DNA from: a virus
IMG/VR virus record: IMGVR_UViG_3300030117_007673
Coordinates: 32,001 to 96,000 of that record
DNA: 64,000 bases
Reading direction: 5' to 3' (one strand)
The position numbers and the translations under genes are program-made. This document shows, piece by piece, positions 29,101 to 38,504 of the stretch. A model generated the notes under the pieces. That model ran no database searches and was not told the origin of the DNA. It saw only the letters and a program-made list of their open reading frames with translations. The first letter of the stretch is position 1. Each line of letters starts with the position of its first letter.

Positions 29101-29710
29101 CGATGCAGCACAAGATGCAATCGGTTTGAAGCTTGATTTTGACAGAACAGTCGCGTCCTCCGGAACCGCTGCGCACAACGACATAGGTATAGATTTAGAC
29201 GTCAACTCACGAAGTTTGGGAACCTCCACTGTAAAGGGTATGGATATTGATGTTGTTGGTCACACAGATGGCACCCATACAGCATATGGTATTGACTTGG
29301 ATGTTGATAGCGCAGACACCAACATCGGTATCCAAATTAACACAGCTGGCACGCACTTGAAGTTGATCGCCAATGCAGATACAGATGACTATGCAACAAT
29401 TGCTGTTGCAGATACAGGAGATTTGACCATAGCAACAGTTGGTGATGGGACAACCGATTCCGATATTACATTGTTTGCTGACGGAGACATTATTTTGAAG
29501 CCTGCAGGCGGAGATGTTTTGCCAGATGCAGACACCAGCAGAAATCTTGGATCCGCTTCAAAGCGTTGGGCAAATATTTATACCAATGATCTTCATTTGA
29601 AAAATGAAAGAGGAGATTGGACAATTATCGAGGAAGAAAACGATTTGACTATTAGAAATAACAAAACAAACAAAATGTATAGATTTAAATTAGAGGAGAT
29701 TGAAGATTAA
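26177..29710 (+). CDS. Tail fibre / receptor-binding protein 1
   Basis: NVGIG...LHV fibre repeats, five R/KIDSEQTTG repeats, C-terminal NLGSASKRWANIYTNDLHLKNERGDWTI motif typical of phage fibres. Confidence 0.8.
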   Translation: MPSYAFIGVGELTGSWNPATNSGSLNSGLPLESSGGLGDNIFAHSASAPRGTGGYHYSTNLTAAVGDYWEVANTADFTLDENRSFSSLDWVIYDGEKWIRVSNSDKVGSVLVGNTGNQLEVVTNDLDIEGGLDVNTNNGNNDFTVSAEGVEKALWVDASANYVIMGTGSTNVGIGTATPSSELHVVVPTASPGHGTNAVVIGEGNDNGHFELRLGTGRAGGNYGWISAINRGTGVLPLVLNGTGGEVGIGVYPPTEKLHVDGNILQTTGDYLATDKVRAIDGDGLSLQDDGGNDGLFIEDGGNVGIGHAAPDSQLHVKVTAATPGHSTNAVLIGEGTSSGDMEIRLGVNDSSGGAGWISAINRGTGVIPLILQGSGGAVGIGASPNALLDIQGESNTGSPSLIVDHDDTDQIAISVAAANVDADVLDITADAVTTANVIDITADGLTSGAAINITSTSTSTTAGSVVKIAATGNRGSDSNAVVGLDLDFDSTAGTATRAFRIDSEQTTGVVAEINGDALTTGTGIDLSTDARTTGTALNISDSATNDNAGSLVKIAQAGSRAGSAASIGLDIDFNTAANDNARAFRIDSEQTTGIVFELDADQITTGYGQALTVDALTTGQGLYVQSVSANLDGAKLGTFMVNSTSTDDHTILHISKVTSNLSDSNAIVGLDIDFNGTAGTAGRAFRIDSEQTTGKVFELDAGAVTTGRALEISNTALTTGYGLYCYSTSNALNGAKIAEFVATGTSTDDYTVLNVLKNASNLSDSNEIIGLNIDFNGTAGTAGRALKIDSEQTTGKVFELDAEDITTGTALEINNAELTTGYGLYCYSTSNNLNGAKLAEFVATGNSTDDYTVLSVVKNASNLSDSNAIVGLDIDFNGTAGTAGRALRIDSEQTTGIVAEINGDAITTGKVIDISADALTTGNALYIDDNSSNTGTRSTVSIIQNHASATGATALTLQSDGGNIGMTLDKNASGDAAQDAIGLKLDFDRTVASSGTAAHNDIGIDLDVNSRSLGTSTVKGMDIDVVGHTDGTHTAYGIDLDVDSADTNIGIQINTAGTHLKLIANADTDDYATIAVADTGDLTIATVGDGTTDSDITLFADGDIILKPAGGDVLPDADTSRNLGSASKRWANIYTNDLHLKNERGDWTIIEEENDLTIRNNKTNKMYRFKLEEIED
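27464..27699 (+). repeat. 236-bp block duplicated in tail fibre 2 (30361-30596)
   Basis: Direct alignment by eye, about 9 mismatches. Confidence 0.9.
28153..28870 (+). repeat. 303-bp (101-aa) tandem repeats in fibre 1
   Basis: ttcaaa(t/c)ctttctgactcaaatg recurs at 28153, 28456 and 28759. Confidence 0.9.
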
Positions 29711-32700
29711 TGCCACTTTATACAACAGGACCAATTTCAGGTTCATCAACTGATACAGTTCGGTTTAGCCATGATGTCGAGATTGTTGGGGGGAACTTAG
29801 CTGTTTCTGGTTCAATTTCAGGATCAGCAGTTGATTCAATTTTCTTTGGTTCGGACGTCCAAATCGTTGGAGGAAACTTAGTTTGTTCCGGCTCAATAAA
29901 GTCTGGCGATGGGTTCATAGGCAATATCGTAGGCGGTACCGAGATTAGCGGAGATGTAGTTTTAGGCAATAGTGGTAATAGAAGTATTACCGTAGCGACA
30001 ACAGCTGAAAGCACTGCAGGAAAAGATCTCACAATTCAGGCTGGCTCTACAACGAATGGTTCCAGTAATACTGATGGTGGTGATTTAATATTAAAAGCTG
30101 GACAAGCAGACGGTACTGGAAATTCATCGATTGTGTTTCATACGCAAGTAAACGATGGTTCCGGAGATGTATCTGAGAGGATGAGGATTCATACCAATGG
30201 CACTATTGGCATTGGCACCAATAATCCAACTGCAAACATGCATATTAAGCAGGGCTCATCTGGTGGACTGACGTTGTTAACGTTGCAAAACGAGGATACA
30301 GACAAGAAAGCGTTGTACATTGATGCAGATAACATTGATGCAAATGTAATTGACATTGCAGCAGACGCAGTAACAACAGCTAATGTAATTGATATAACAG
30401 CTGATGGTCTAACTTCCGGAGCCGCGATAAACGTCACAAGCACTAGTACAAGTACAACCGCTGGTTCTGTGTTCAAAATTGCAGCGACCGGAAATCGCGG
30501 AAGCGATAGTAATGCTGTTATTGGTCTAGATCTTGATTTTGATTCTACGGCAGGAACTGCAACCAGAGCATTTAGAATTGACTCTGAACAGACAACAGGT
30601 ATTGTTGCCGAGATTAATGGTGATGCCATTACGACCGGCAAGGTCATTGACATTTCAGCAGACGCCCTAACAACTGGAATAGCGTTAAACATTTCGTCCG
30701 ATTCCAGCAGCACAAGCTCACGTAAATTAGCAAGCATTGTAAACGATAATACCGCTGCAGTGGGCGTAACACCCCTATACATAAAAAATGATGCGGCAAT
30801 ACCGGCATCAAGTGGAGCTACTTTGTTAGTTGACGTAGACTATCAAGCTACGTCAACTCTGAGTGGCGGCGATATCACTTCGCCAGGTCTGTTCATTGAT
30901 TATGACCTGACAGGGGTGATTGCATCAAGTCAATTTGCGTATCCAACGGGTATGAGAATCGATCTCCATCATAACGCTCCCACGATCAACGCGTCTGGCG
31001 TTATATCTTCAACCGGGATTGATATCAACATGGTCGGCGGCACCAGTGGGGTACAAACTGTGGATGGGATTAATGTAAATGTAGATGGAGGCGACGCCAA
31101 CACCGGGTTGTACATTGACGCTCCAGCATACGATGCCACTAACAGGCATATTAGATTGGCATCTGCAGCGGACAGTGGCGACTATTGGGAGATTGGTGTT
31201 GGTGCAGCTGGATCAACCACCATTGCCACTGTTGATGATGATGGAACAAATGCTCATTTATCTTTAAGTCTCGATGGTTATTTCGCCGTCGACACCGCGC
31301 TTGGAGTGATATTTAACGAAGCCGGCAACGATAGAGATTTCCGTATTGAATCTAATGATGAAGAATACATGTTCTTTCTTGATGCCGGCAATAATAGAAT
31401 CAGTATTGGTGATTCAACAAATGATCCTGCCGCAACACTTGAAATTACAAATCATGCTTCAGCAGGCGCAACCGGGGTTCCCTTACTTCAACTCAATAAT
31501 AACGATGTTGATAAAATTGCATTAGACATTAATGCTGCCAATACGACAGCGCCTGTAATCGACATTACTGCCGATGCAGTCGAAGATTCATACGTTATTC
31601 ATATGTCAGCGGACGCTCTAACAACCGGCGGAGCTTTATTTATTGATGACGATTCGTCTGACACTGGAACGAGATCAACGGTCGACATCCGTCAGAACCA
31701 TGCTTCAGCGACAGGAGCAACTGCATTAACGGTAATATCTGATGGTGGAAACACCGGTATGACACTTGATAAAAACGCATCTGGTACGGCAGCGCAAGAC
31801 GCAACCGCTCTGCATGTTGATTTCGATAGGACCGTTCCGGGCTCTGGAACCAACGCACATAACGATATCGGTATTAACCTGGATGTTAATTCACGAAGTC
31901 TAGGTACATCAACTGTAATTGGTATGGATATCGATGTCACTGGACATAGTGACGGGACCTCTACAGCCACTGGGCTTACAGTTGATGTGGGTTCTGCTGA
32001 CACTAATTATGCTGCACTTTTTAATGGCGGCAACGTTGGTATTGGAGCAACAGATCCAGTTTCTCTACTTGAAGTTCGAGGGCCTACTGGCACAGGAGAT
32101 GGTTGTGCTGGTGTTCTTACTATATCTACTGCGGAGACAAGTATAGTTTATAATGACGTTCTTGGTAAGCTTCATTTCCAAGCACCTAAAGAGTCCGATG
32201 GTACAGATGCGATTACAGTTGCTGCTGCTATTGAAGCTGTCGCGGATACTACTTTTGATGCTACCTCTAACTATACTAATATGTTGTTCAAACTCGGTGA
32301 ATCAGGAGCAGCCACTGAAAAGATGAAACTTTCTTACGGTGGCCATCTGCAAGTTGGTACAACATCAACTGCTGACAGCGGCCTAGAGGTAATGAACAAG
32401 GGAAATTTCCGTCGCAGTTCTGGTCGTTATTATTTGGAAGAGTTCTTCGTAAAACGCCCCCAACTAAACGCGACTATTGACGCCGTTCATACAACTGAAA
32501 CCGCTCGATCAGCCAATGAAAATTTTGAAATTACCGGACGAACAGATGGTAGTTTTTCGATTTATGACACAAATGTATTCTGGCCTAGTGTATCTGGTTC
32601 GTCGGAAGCCGGCGGAATGTCATTCATGACTATGGGCCAGGTTGGTGATCAGTGTATTATCCAGCCTCACACGGATATAGGCGCGCCCACCATAAACCAT

Positions 32701-33264
32701 GAGGTTGCACCTGACCAACCCATGACTGCTTGGAGCGGGATTAGTTGGAAAACAGACAAAAGTCTTCAATGGGAATGTGCGATTACCTCTGGCGATGTTT
32801 CATCCTATGGATTCTGGGCCGGTTTAGGTCAGTCTAACCCGGGAAATGCTTCATGGTCATATACAACAGATGCTGATCAAGCTTTTTTCCTTTACTGTGC
32901 GGACGATACTTTTGGAGCACTTACAACTAACGGGGCCATGCATTTTATTTATAGCGTAGGTGGTACAGATTATCTTACCAATTTAAATTTTGCCCTGTCC
33001 GACTATACAACGTACAGGTTTAGAATAAATATCGATGCCAATAGACGAATTAAGATACATGTAAATGACACTTGGTATGCTATAACAAGGACCCACACCG
33101 GAACAACCGCCGGCGGCGTAACAGAAAGCACTCATTATACATCCAATGCGTTAACCAATGATAAGAATTTTACTCCTTTCATTGGTATTCAATCACTTGG
33201 AGCATTCGCTTTCCCGACCCACCAAGTTCATTATCAAAAAATTAGCAGACTTATTGGATACTAG
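29710..33264 (+). CDS. Tail fibre / receptor-binding protein 2
   Basis: ERMRIHTNGTIGIGT and NVGIG repeats, DFRIES motif, shared blocks with fibre 1, distinct C-terminal globular domain. Confidence 0.8.
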   Translation: MPLYTTGPISGSSTDTVRFSHDVEIVGGNLAVSGSISGSAVDSIFFGSDVQIVGGNLVCSGSIKSGDGFIGNIVGGTEISGDVVLGNSGNRSITVATTAESTAGKDLTIQAGSTTNGSSNTDGGDLILKAGQADGTGNSSIVFHTQVNDGSGDVSERMRIHTNGTIGIGTNNPTANMHIKQGSSGGLTLLTLQNEDTDKKALYIDADNIDANVIDIAADAVTTANVIDITADGLTSGAAINVTSTSTSTTAGSVFKIAATGNRGSDSNAVIGLDLDFDSTAGTATRAFRIDSEQTTGIVAEINGDAITTGKVIDISADALTTGIALNISSDSSSTSSRKLASIVNDNTAAVGVTPLYIKNDAAIPASSGATLLVDVDYQATSTLSGGDITSPGLFIDYDLTGVIASSQFAYPTGMRIDLHHNAPTINASGVISSTGIDINMVGGTSGVQTVDGINVNVDGGDANTGLYIDAPAYDATNRHIRLASAADSGDYWEIGVGAAGSTTIATVDDDGTNAHLSLSLDGYFAVDTALGVIFNEAGNDRDFRIESNDEEYMFFLDAGNNRISIGDSTNDPAATLEITNHASAGATGVPLLQLNNNDVDKIALDINAANTTAPVIDITADAVEDSYVIHMSADALTTGGALFIDDDSSDTGTRSTVDIRQNHASATGATALTVISDGGNTGMTLDKNASGTAAQDATALHVDFDRTVPGSGTNAHNDIGINLDVNSRSLGTSTVIGMDIDVTGHSDGTSTATGLTVDVGSADTNYAALFNGGNVGIGATDPVSLLEVRGPTGTGDGCAGVLTISTAETSIVYNDVLGKLHFQAPKESDGTDAITVAAAIEAVADTTFDATSNYTNMLFKLGESGAATEKMKLSYGGHLQVGTTSTADSGLEVMNKGNFRRSSGRYYLEEFFVKRPQLNATIDAVHTTETARSANENFEITGRTDGSFSIYDTNVFWPSVSGSSEAGGMSFMTMGQVGDQCIIQPHTDIGAPTINHEVAPDQPMTAWSGISWKTDKSLQWECAITSGDVSSYGFWAGLGQSNPGNASWSYTTDADQAFFLYCADDTFGALTTNGAMHFIYSVGGTDYLTNLNFALSDYTTYRFRINIDANRRIKIHVNDTWYAITRTHTGTTAGGVTESTHYTSNALTNDKNFTPFIGIQSLGAFAFPTHQVHYQKISRLIGY
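30361..30596 (+). repeat. Second copy of the 236-bp fibre block
   Basis: Matches 27464-27699. Confidence 0.9.
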
Positions 33265-33282
33265 GCTTGACAACGATGAATA

Positions 33283-34857
33283 ATGTCTTATAAACTAACA
33301 AAAAAGGAAATTACAAAAGAAGTAATTCGCTGCGGAAAAGATCCAACTTACTTTATAAATAATTATTGCAAGATATCTCATCCGATGCATGGGTTAATTC
33401 CATTTAAATTGTATGATTATCAGCAAGAACTCATTAATGATTTCAATGATTATCGTTTTAATGTTATACTAAAAGCAAGGCAGCTTGGTATTTCAACAAT
33501 TACAGCTGGTTATGTCGTATGGTTGATGATGTTTCATCGCGACAAGAACATTCTTGTTATGGCTACAAAGTTTAGCACAGCAGGAAACCTTGTTAAAAAA
33601 GTTAAAGCAATCATCAAGCACGTTCCAGCATGGATGCAGATTGCAAAAGTTGTCGTCGATAATAGAACCAGTTTTGAATTAAGTAATGGTTCTCAAATTA
33701 AAGCCTCTTCAACTTCTGGCGATGCTGGCCGTTCAGAGGCTTTGTCATTGTTAGTTATAGATGAGGCTGCCCACGTTGAAGGTTTGGACGATCTTTGGAC
33801 AGGTCTTTATCCTACGATTTCAACTGGTGGGCGCTGTATTGCTCTTTCTACGCCAAATGGTGTTGGTGGGTGGTTTTTTAAAACGTATGTCGATGCAGAG
33901 GCGAAAAGAAACGACTTCCATCCAACAAAATTAATGTGGGATACTCATCCAGACCGCGATCAAAATTGGTTCGAGAAAGAAACAAAGAATATGTCAATTC
34001 GCCAAATTGCTCAAGAGTTAGAGTGTAACTTTAATACTTCTGGTGAGACAGTGATCCACCCGGATGACTTAGTGTTTATCGAAAACAATATCAAAGAACC
34101 AAAATACAGGACTGGCTTTGATAGAAACTTTTGGATTTGGGAGGAACACAAGCCAGATAGCAACTATATGATTACTGCAGATGTAGCGAGAGGAGACGGT
34201 CAAGATTACTCTGTCTTTCACGTTTTCAAACTCGAGACAGCAGAAGTTGTAGCAGAGTATCAGGGAAAAGTAGCACCAGATATATTTGCAAATATACTTT
34301 GCGATGCGGGTAAAGAATATGGAAACTGTATGATGGTCGTTGAAAATAATTCAGTTGGATTTGCAGTGTTAGAGAAGTTGAAAGATATGGGATATCCAAA
34401 TATTTATTATTCAATCAAGTCAAGTCATGAATATATCGATCAACTAACTGCAGAGCATACATCTAATAGTGTGGCAGGGTTTACTACCTCTTTGAAGACG
34501 AGACCGATCATTGTTGCAAAAATGGAAGAATTTATAAGGAACAAGCTAATTACAACGTATTCGTCTAGGCTTTATAATGAGTTTAAGACTTTTATTTGGA
34601 ATAACGGAAAGGCACAGGCAATGAGATCAGAAAATGATGACTTAGTTATGTCTTTTGCAATCGGATGTTGGATTAAAGATACTGTGTATGTGGAAAACAA
34701 AAGAAAAATTGAAAATCAAAAAGCGTGCTTAAATTCTATGTTCAAATCTGATAACATGTTCAATACTACAATTCCGGGAATGCACGGTCACAAACAAATA
34801 AAGAAGACAAACTCAATTAAACAACAACTTGATCATTTATGGCTTCTTAAAGGATAA
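33283..34857 (+). CDS. terL: Terminase large subunit (T4 gp17-like)
   Basis: LYDYQ, KARQLGIST (Walker A), LLVIDEAAH (Walker B), STPNG, QELEC, DVARG..DYS, ENN, DDLVMS. Confidence 0.95.
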   Translation: MSYKLTKKEITKEVIRCGKDPTYFINNYCKISHPMHGLIPFKLYDYQQELINDFNDYRFNVILKARQLGISTITAGYVVWLMMFHRDKNILVMATKFSTAGNLVKKVKAIIKHVPAWMQIAKVVVDNRTSFELSNGSQIKASSTSGDAGRSEALSLLVIDEAAHVEGLDDLWTGLYPTISTGGRCIALSTPNGVGGWFFKTYVDAEAKRNDFHPTKLMWDTHPDRDQNWFEKETKNMSIRQIAQELECNFNTSGETVIHPDDLVFIENNIKEPKYRTGFDRNFWIWEEHKPDSNYMITADVARGDGQDYSVFHVFKLETAEVVAEYQGKVAPDIFANILCDAGKEYGNCMMVVENNSVGFAVLEKLKDMGYPNIYYSIKSSHEYIDQLTAEHTSNSVAGFTTSLKTRPIIVAKMEEFIRNKLITTYSSRLYNEFKTFIWNNGKAQAMRSENDDLVMSFAIGCWIKDTVYVENKRKIENQKACLNSMFKSDNMFNTTIPGMHGHKQIKKTNSIKQQLDHLWLLKG

Positions 34858-34862
34858 ATTTT

Positions 34863-36815
34863 ATGGCAAATAACAGCAACAACACAAGAAATCCTCAATC
34901 GACATTGTTCAAGAGACTTACTCGTCTCCTGTCAGGGCCGATTGTTAACTATAGAGCCCAAAATCCAAGAAAAGAAAAAAGAAGAAATCTAGATAAATAT
35001 AAATTTAGGTCAGCTAGCGGAAAACAATTTAAGAAAACAGCGTATGATCCGTTTGAAAACCTTACAGCCAATATCATGTCGAATCAAAATCGTATTGAAA
35101 GGTATGCTGATTTTGAACAGATGGAATATGAGCCAATCATTGCATCGGCATTAGACGTATACGCTGATGAGATGACAACTTCAAACGATTATAACAAACT
35201 TGTCAGCATCAAATGTCCAAATGAAGAAATTAAGGATATTCTTGAAAATCTTTATTTTGGTATTTTAAATATTGAGTTCAATCTTTTTGGTTGGTGTCGT
35301 TCAATGTGTAAATTTGGCGACTACTTTATGTACCTTGACATCGATGAAGAAATGGGAGTAAGAAATGCAATCGGACTTCCAAATGGGGAGATCGAAAGAC
35401 TTGAAGGTGAAGATCAGTCAAATCCAAACTATATTCAATATCAATGGAATTCAGGTGGTATAACTTTTGAGAATTGGCAAGTTGCTCACTTTCGTATTTT
35501 GGGAAATGATAAGTATGCGCCTTATGGAACTAGCGTCTTGGAGCCTGCTAGAAGAATTTGGAGACAATTAATTCTTTTAGAGGATGCCATGATGGCGTAT
35601 AGAATTGTGCGCGCCCCAGAACGCCGCGTATTTTATATTGATGTTGGCGGAATTGCCCCAGAAGATGTTGAACAGTTTGTTCAGAAGGCGATGACCCAAA
35701 TGAAGAGAAATCAGGTCGTTGATTCTAGCACTGGGCGTGTTGACTTGCGTTATAATCCGCTAAGCATCGAAGAAGATTATTTTATCCCTGTGAGAGGCGG
35801 AGAGACCGGCACAAAGATCGAGTCGGTTTCAGGCCAGACGCGAGGAAATGATATTGAAGATGTTAAGTATTTAAAAGACAAGTTGTTTGCTGCGCTCAAA
35901 GTTCCACAAGCTTATCTTTTTAGAGGCGAAGGGGCAGAAGAGGACAAGACGACTCTCGCGCAAAAGGATATTCGCTTCGCAAGAACAATACAGAGACTTC
36001 AGAGATCTATTATTTCAGAGCTAGAGAAAATTGGAATTGTTCATCTGTTTACCATGGGGTTCAGAGGTCAAGATCTTATCTCATTTAAATTGCACCTCAA
36101 CAATCCTTCGAAAATTGCAGAAATGCAAGAGCTTGAAAATTGGAGAACAAAATTTGAGGCTGCAAGCGCGGCGACAGAAGGTTTCTTTAGTAAGCGTTGG
36201 ATCGCAGAGCACATGTTTAATCTATCTGAAGATGAATTTCTTCGAAATCAGCGGGAACTATTTTATGATCGAAAGTTTGAAGCAGCTCTTGAGGCATCCG
36301 GCGAAGACGCCGTTACTGCAGAGGCTGGAGGCGACCTCGCAGGTGAACTTGGTGGTGAACTCGAAGGGGGCGATCTTGGAGCTGAGCTTGGTGACGAGCC
36401 CGAAGCAGAGGAGCTTGGAGGAGAAGGAGAAGGTGAAGCTTTGGCTCCTGAAGAGGGTGGCGAAGACGAACGAACAGCAATATTACCAGCGAAAAGAGAT
36501 GTAGAAGAAGAAAAAACTTCACACGAAAAGGCAAAAGGTAAACGATACTATCCTGTTGCGTCTGATAATCGAAAAAACGCTGCTTTCCAAAAGAGCATGT
36601 TAGCCCAGGGCAACAACGAAGCCGGGAAAAACACGCCCCGTAACACGTTTAAAGGATTATCTGGCATATTACAGCTAGGAAGAGGTCAGCTTGAGGAAAA
36701 AGAAACTACTTATAATGAAGAACTTAAATTATTCGAAGTTAATCATCAAGTAAGAAGTTTGATTACAGAATTGGAGTCGAAAGATAATGAAGATAAAACA
36801 CAACAAGAAGCGTAA
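34863..36815 (+). CDS. gp20: Portal protein (T4 gp20-like)
   Basis: QLILLEDAMMAYRIVRAPERRVFYIDVG, EEDYFIP, IEDVKY..KLFAALKVP, acidic C-terminus. Confidence 0.95.
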   Translation: MANNSNNTRNPQSTLFKRLTRLLSGPIVNYRAQNPRKEKRRNLDKYKFRSASGKQFKKTAYDPFENLTANIMSNQNRIERYADFEQMEYEPIIASALDVYADEMTTSNDYNKLVSIKCPNEEIKDILENLYFGILNIEFNLFGWCRSMCKFGDYFMYLDIDEEMGVRNAIGLPNGEIERLEGEDQSNPNYIQYQWNSGGITFENWQVAHFRILGNDKYAPYGTSVLEPARRIWRQLILLEDAMMAYRIVRAPERRVFYIDVGGIAPEDVEQFVQKAMTQMKRNQVVDSSTGRVDLRYNPLSIEEDYFIPVRGGETGTKIESVSGQTRGNDIEDVKYLKDKLFAALKVPQAYLFRGEGAEEDKTTLAQKDIRFARTIQRLQRSIISELEKIGIVHLFTMGFRGQDLISFKLHLNNPSKIAEMQELENWRTKFEAASAATEGFFSKRWIAEHMFNLSEDEFLRNQRELFYDRKFEAALEASGEDAVTAEAGGDLAGELGGELEGGDLGAELGDEPEAEELGGEGEGEALAPEEGGEDERTAILPAKRDVEEEKTSHEKAKGKRYYPVASDNRKNAAFQKSMLAQGNNEAGKNTPRNTFKGLSGILQLGRGQLEEKETTYNEELKLFEVNHQVRSLITELESKDNEDKTQQEA

Positions 36816-37608
36816 TACTGCATTTCTTTATGAAGTTGTCATAAGGGAAGCAACAAAAGCAGTTGTACAAAAGGATTTTGAATTAAAAAATCAATTGATA
36901 TCGCTTTTAAAAGAACATTTTAATAAAAACACGGAGTTGGGTAAAGATTTGAGTTTATATAGAACTCTTTGTGAAACCCATGGATTAGCACCTCATAGTG
37001 CGGAAAAATTAATCTATGAAGTAAAAAAAGAACATTCGCAAATCAATAAAAAAACCTTATTCAACGAGCAGAGCGTCGTGATTAAGAAGATTAATAAGTT
37101 ATTTTCAAAATCAGTCTTTTCTAATTTTGTACCAAACTATAAAAGCTTGGCCACTGTTTATCAAATCTTCAATGAAGATACACCATTGCAGAAAAGAATT
37201 CTTCTGGAGCAGGATTTGCTTGGCAAAATGTTGACCAGCCCCGGTAAGAAGCAAGAACAGTTAAAACCAGTTAATAATTTAATTTTCAAAACTTTTGCAA
37301 AGAAGTTTAATGAGAGATATTCATCTGAACTTTTAGAAGAACAAAAAAGTCTACTTAAAAAGTATCTTCACTCCTTCGCGGATAATGGAGTCCAATTAAA
37401 AGTCTTTTTGAATGAAGAAATTGGAAGATTAAAAGAAGTAGTTTCAAATTCTTTAAAATCGCAAGATGTTGCTAGTGATTCCGAAATGATTAAGAAAACA
37501 AAACAAGTCTTGCTTATGCTTGAGGGTTTTAAGAATGAAAAAATCGACAAGAATTTAATCAATAAAGTTTATAAAATTCAGAATTTAGCTAAAGAGATAG
37601 AAGTTTAA
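36787..37608 (+). CDS. Head-region hypothetical protein
   Basis: 273 aa KIKHNKKRNTAFLYE, overlaps the portal end. Confidence 0.65.
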   Translation: MKIKHNKKRNTAFLYEVVIREATKAVVQKDFELKNQLISLLKEHFNKNTELGKDLSLYRTLCETHGLAPHSAEKLIYEVKKEHSQINKKTLFNEQSVVIKKINKLFSKSVFSNFVPNYKSLATVYQIFNEDTPLQKRILLEQDLLGKMLTSPGKKQEQLKPVNNLIFKTFAKKFNERYSSELLEEQKSLLKKYLHSFADNGVQLKVFLNEEIGRLKEVVSNSLKSQDVASDSEMIKKTKQVLLMLEGFKNEKIDKNLINKVYKIQNLAKEIEV

Positions 37609-38147
37609 TGACCGTTAAAATAAAAATAGCAGATCTTCCAGAGCCGCCACAAGCAACAATCGAGCTTAATGCGAGAAAAGCTCTTGATGGCAACATTATG
37701 ATTTTTGATCATGAGGACATTGATATCGTTATTATGCCTGAGAAAAATAAAATCATTTCCTTTGCTAAGGAGACTCTGACTGATAAAGTGTATGATGCTC
37801 AGGATAGACTCTATAAGTTTTTAAGAAGGAAAGGTGTGATCGATAATGCTTCAGTTCAGGGAGGAAACATTTATGGCTCTCTTGAAGCAAATTTGCTAGA
37901 ATCAGTTAATGAAAAAATTAGCCCAATCGAAGTTGCTTTATACTCTATAGACAAGTTTATCGCAGAAGAAAAACCATATTTCTATAGTGAGCTTGAAAGA
38001 GAACAAGACGAGGCAGATATGTTAACAAGTCCAGACGCAGAAAATTCTACAGAACTGGGAGAAGTCCCACATGAAGAGAAGAAAGGTAGCTTAGTTCCAG
38101 GGTGGGTTAGAGGCCCATATGGTATGACATCATATTATAGGTATTAA
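37608..38147 (+). CDS. Hypothetical protein
   Basis: 179-aa ORF, translationally coupled. Confidence 0.6.
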   Translation: MTVKIKIADLPEPPQATIELNARKALDGNIMIFDHEDIDIVIMPEKNKIISFAKETLTDKVYDAQDRLYKFLRRKGVIDNASVQGGNIYGSLEANLLESVNEKISPIEVALYSIDKFIAEEKPYFYSELEREQDEADMLTSPDAENSTELGEVPHEEKKGSLVPGWVRGPYGMTSYYRY

Positions 38148-38148
38148 A

Positions 38149-38439
38149 ATGGGGTTATTATATTTCATTCTTTGCGCCTACGGTTTAACACAAATTTTGG
38201 CGTATGGTTCAATATTCAGAAAAATAAGACCTAAACATCATTTCTTCCATTGTCCGATGTGCATTGGCTTTTGGGTTGGTGTATTTTTAGTTGGCATAAA
38301 CAGGTATACCGAACTATTTACATTTGACAATAATATCGTTAATTATTTGTTACTAGGGTGTTTGAGTTCTGGAACTTCTTATATCTTATGTACATTATTT
38401 GGAGACAATGGAGTTAAACATGACGTTAATGTTAAATAG
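38149..38439 (+). CDS. Small membrane protein with CxxC (DUF1360-like)
   Basis: Hydrophobic segments, HCPMCIGFWVG. Confidence 0.55.
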   Translation: MGLLYFILCAYGLTQILAYGSIFRKIRPKHHFFHCPMCIGFWVGVFLVGINRYTELFTFDNNIVNYLLLGCLSSGTSYILCTLFGDNGVKHDVNVK

Positions 38440-38500
38440 CACGATGCTAGGACAAAAATGGATGCTGCAGCCGGTGCGGCGTTGTTGCAAAGGAGCCTGA
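38420..38500 (+). CDS. 26-aa peptide MTLMLNSTMLGQKWMLQPVRRCCKGA (absent from the ORF track)
   Basis: Open frame with SD GGAG at 38410-38413; fills the gap before the protease gene. Confidence 0.4.
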   Translation: MTLMLNSTMLGQKWMLQPVRRCCKGA

Positions 38501-38504
38501 CTGT

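Noticed and set aside
27464-30596. Near-identical fibre blocks as a diversity-generating retroelement TR/VR pair
   Set aside because: Mismatches are mostly C/T synonymous rather than adenine-specific, both copies lie mid-gene, and no reverse transcriptase is present in the window
33267-33296. TTGACA upstream of terL as a sigma70 promoter
   Set aside because: The matching -10 would fall inside the terL coding start, so it cannot drive terL; likely chance
36300-36470. Gly/Glu repeats in the portal C-terminus as a separate repeat element
   Set aside because: Ordinary low-complexity acidic tail common in gp20-like portals
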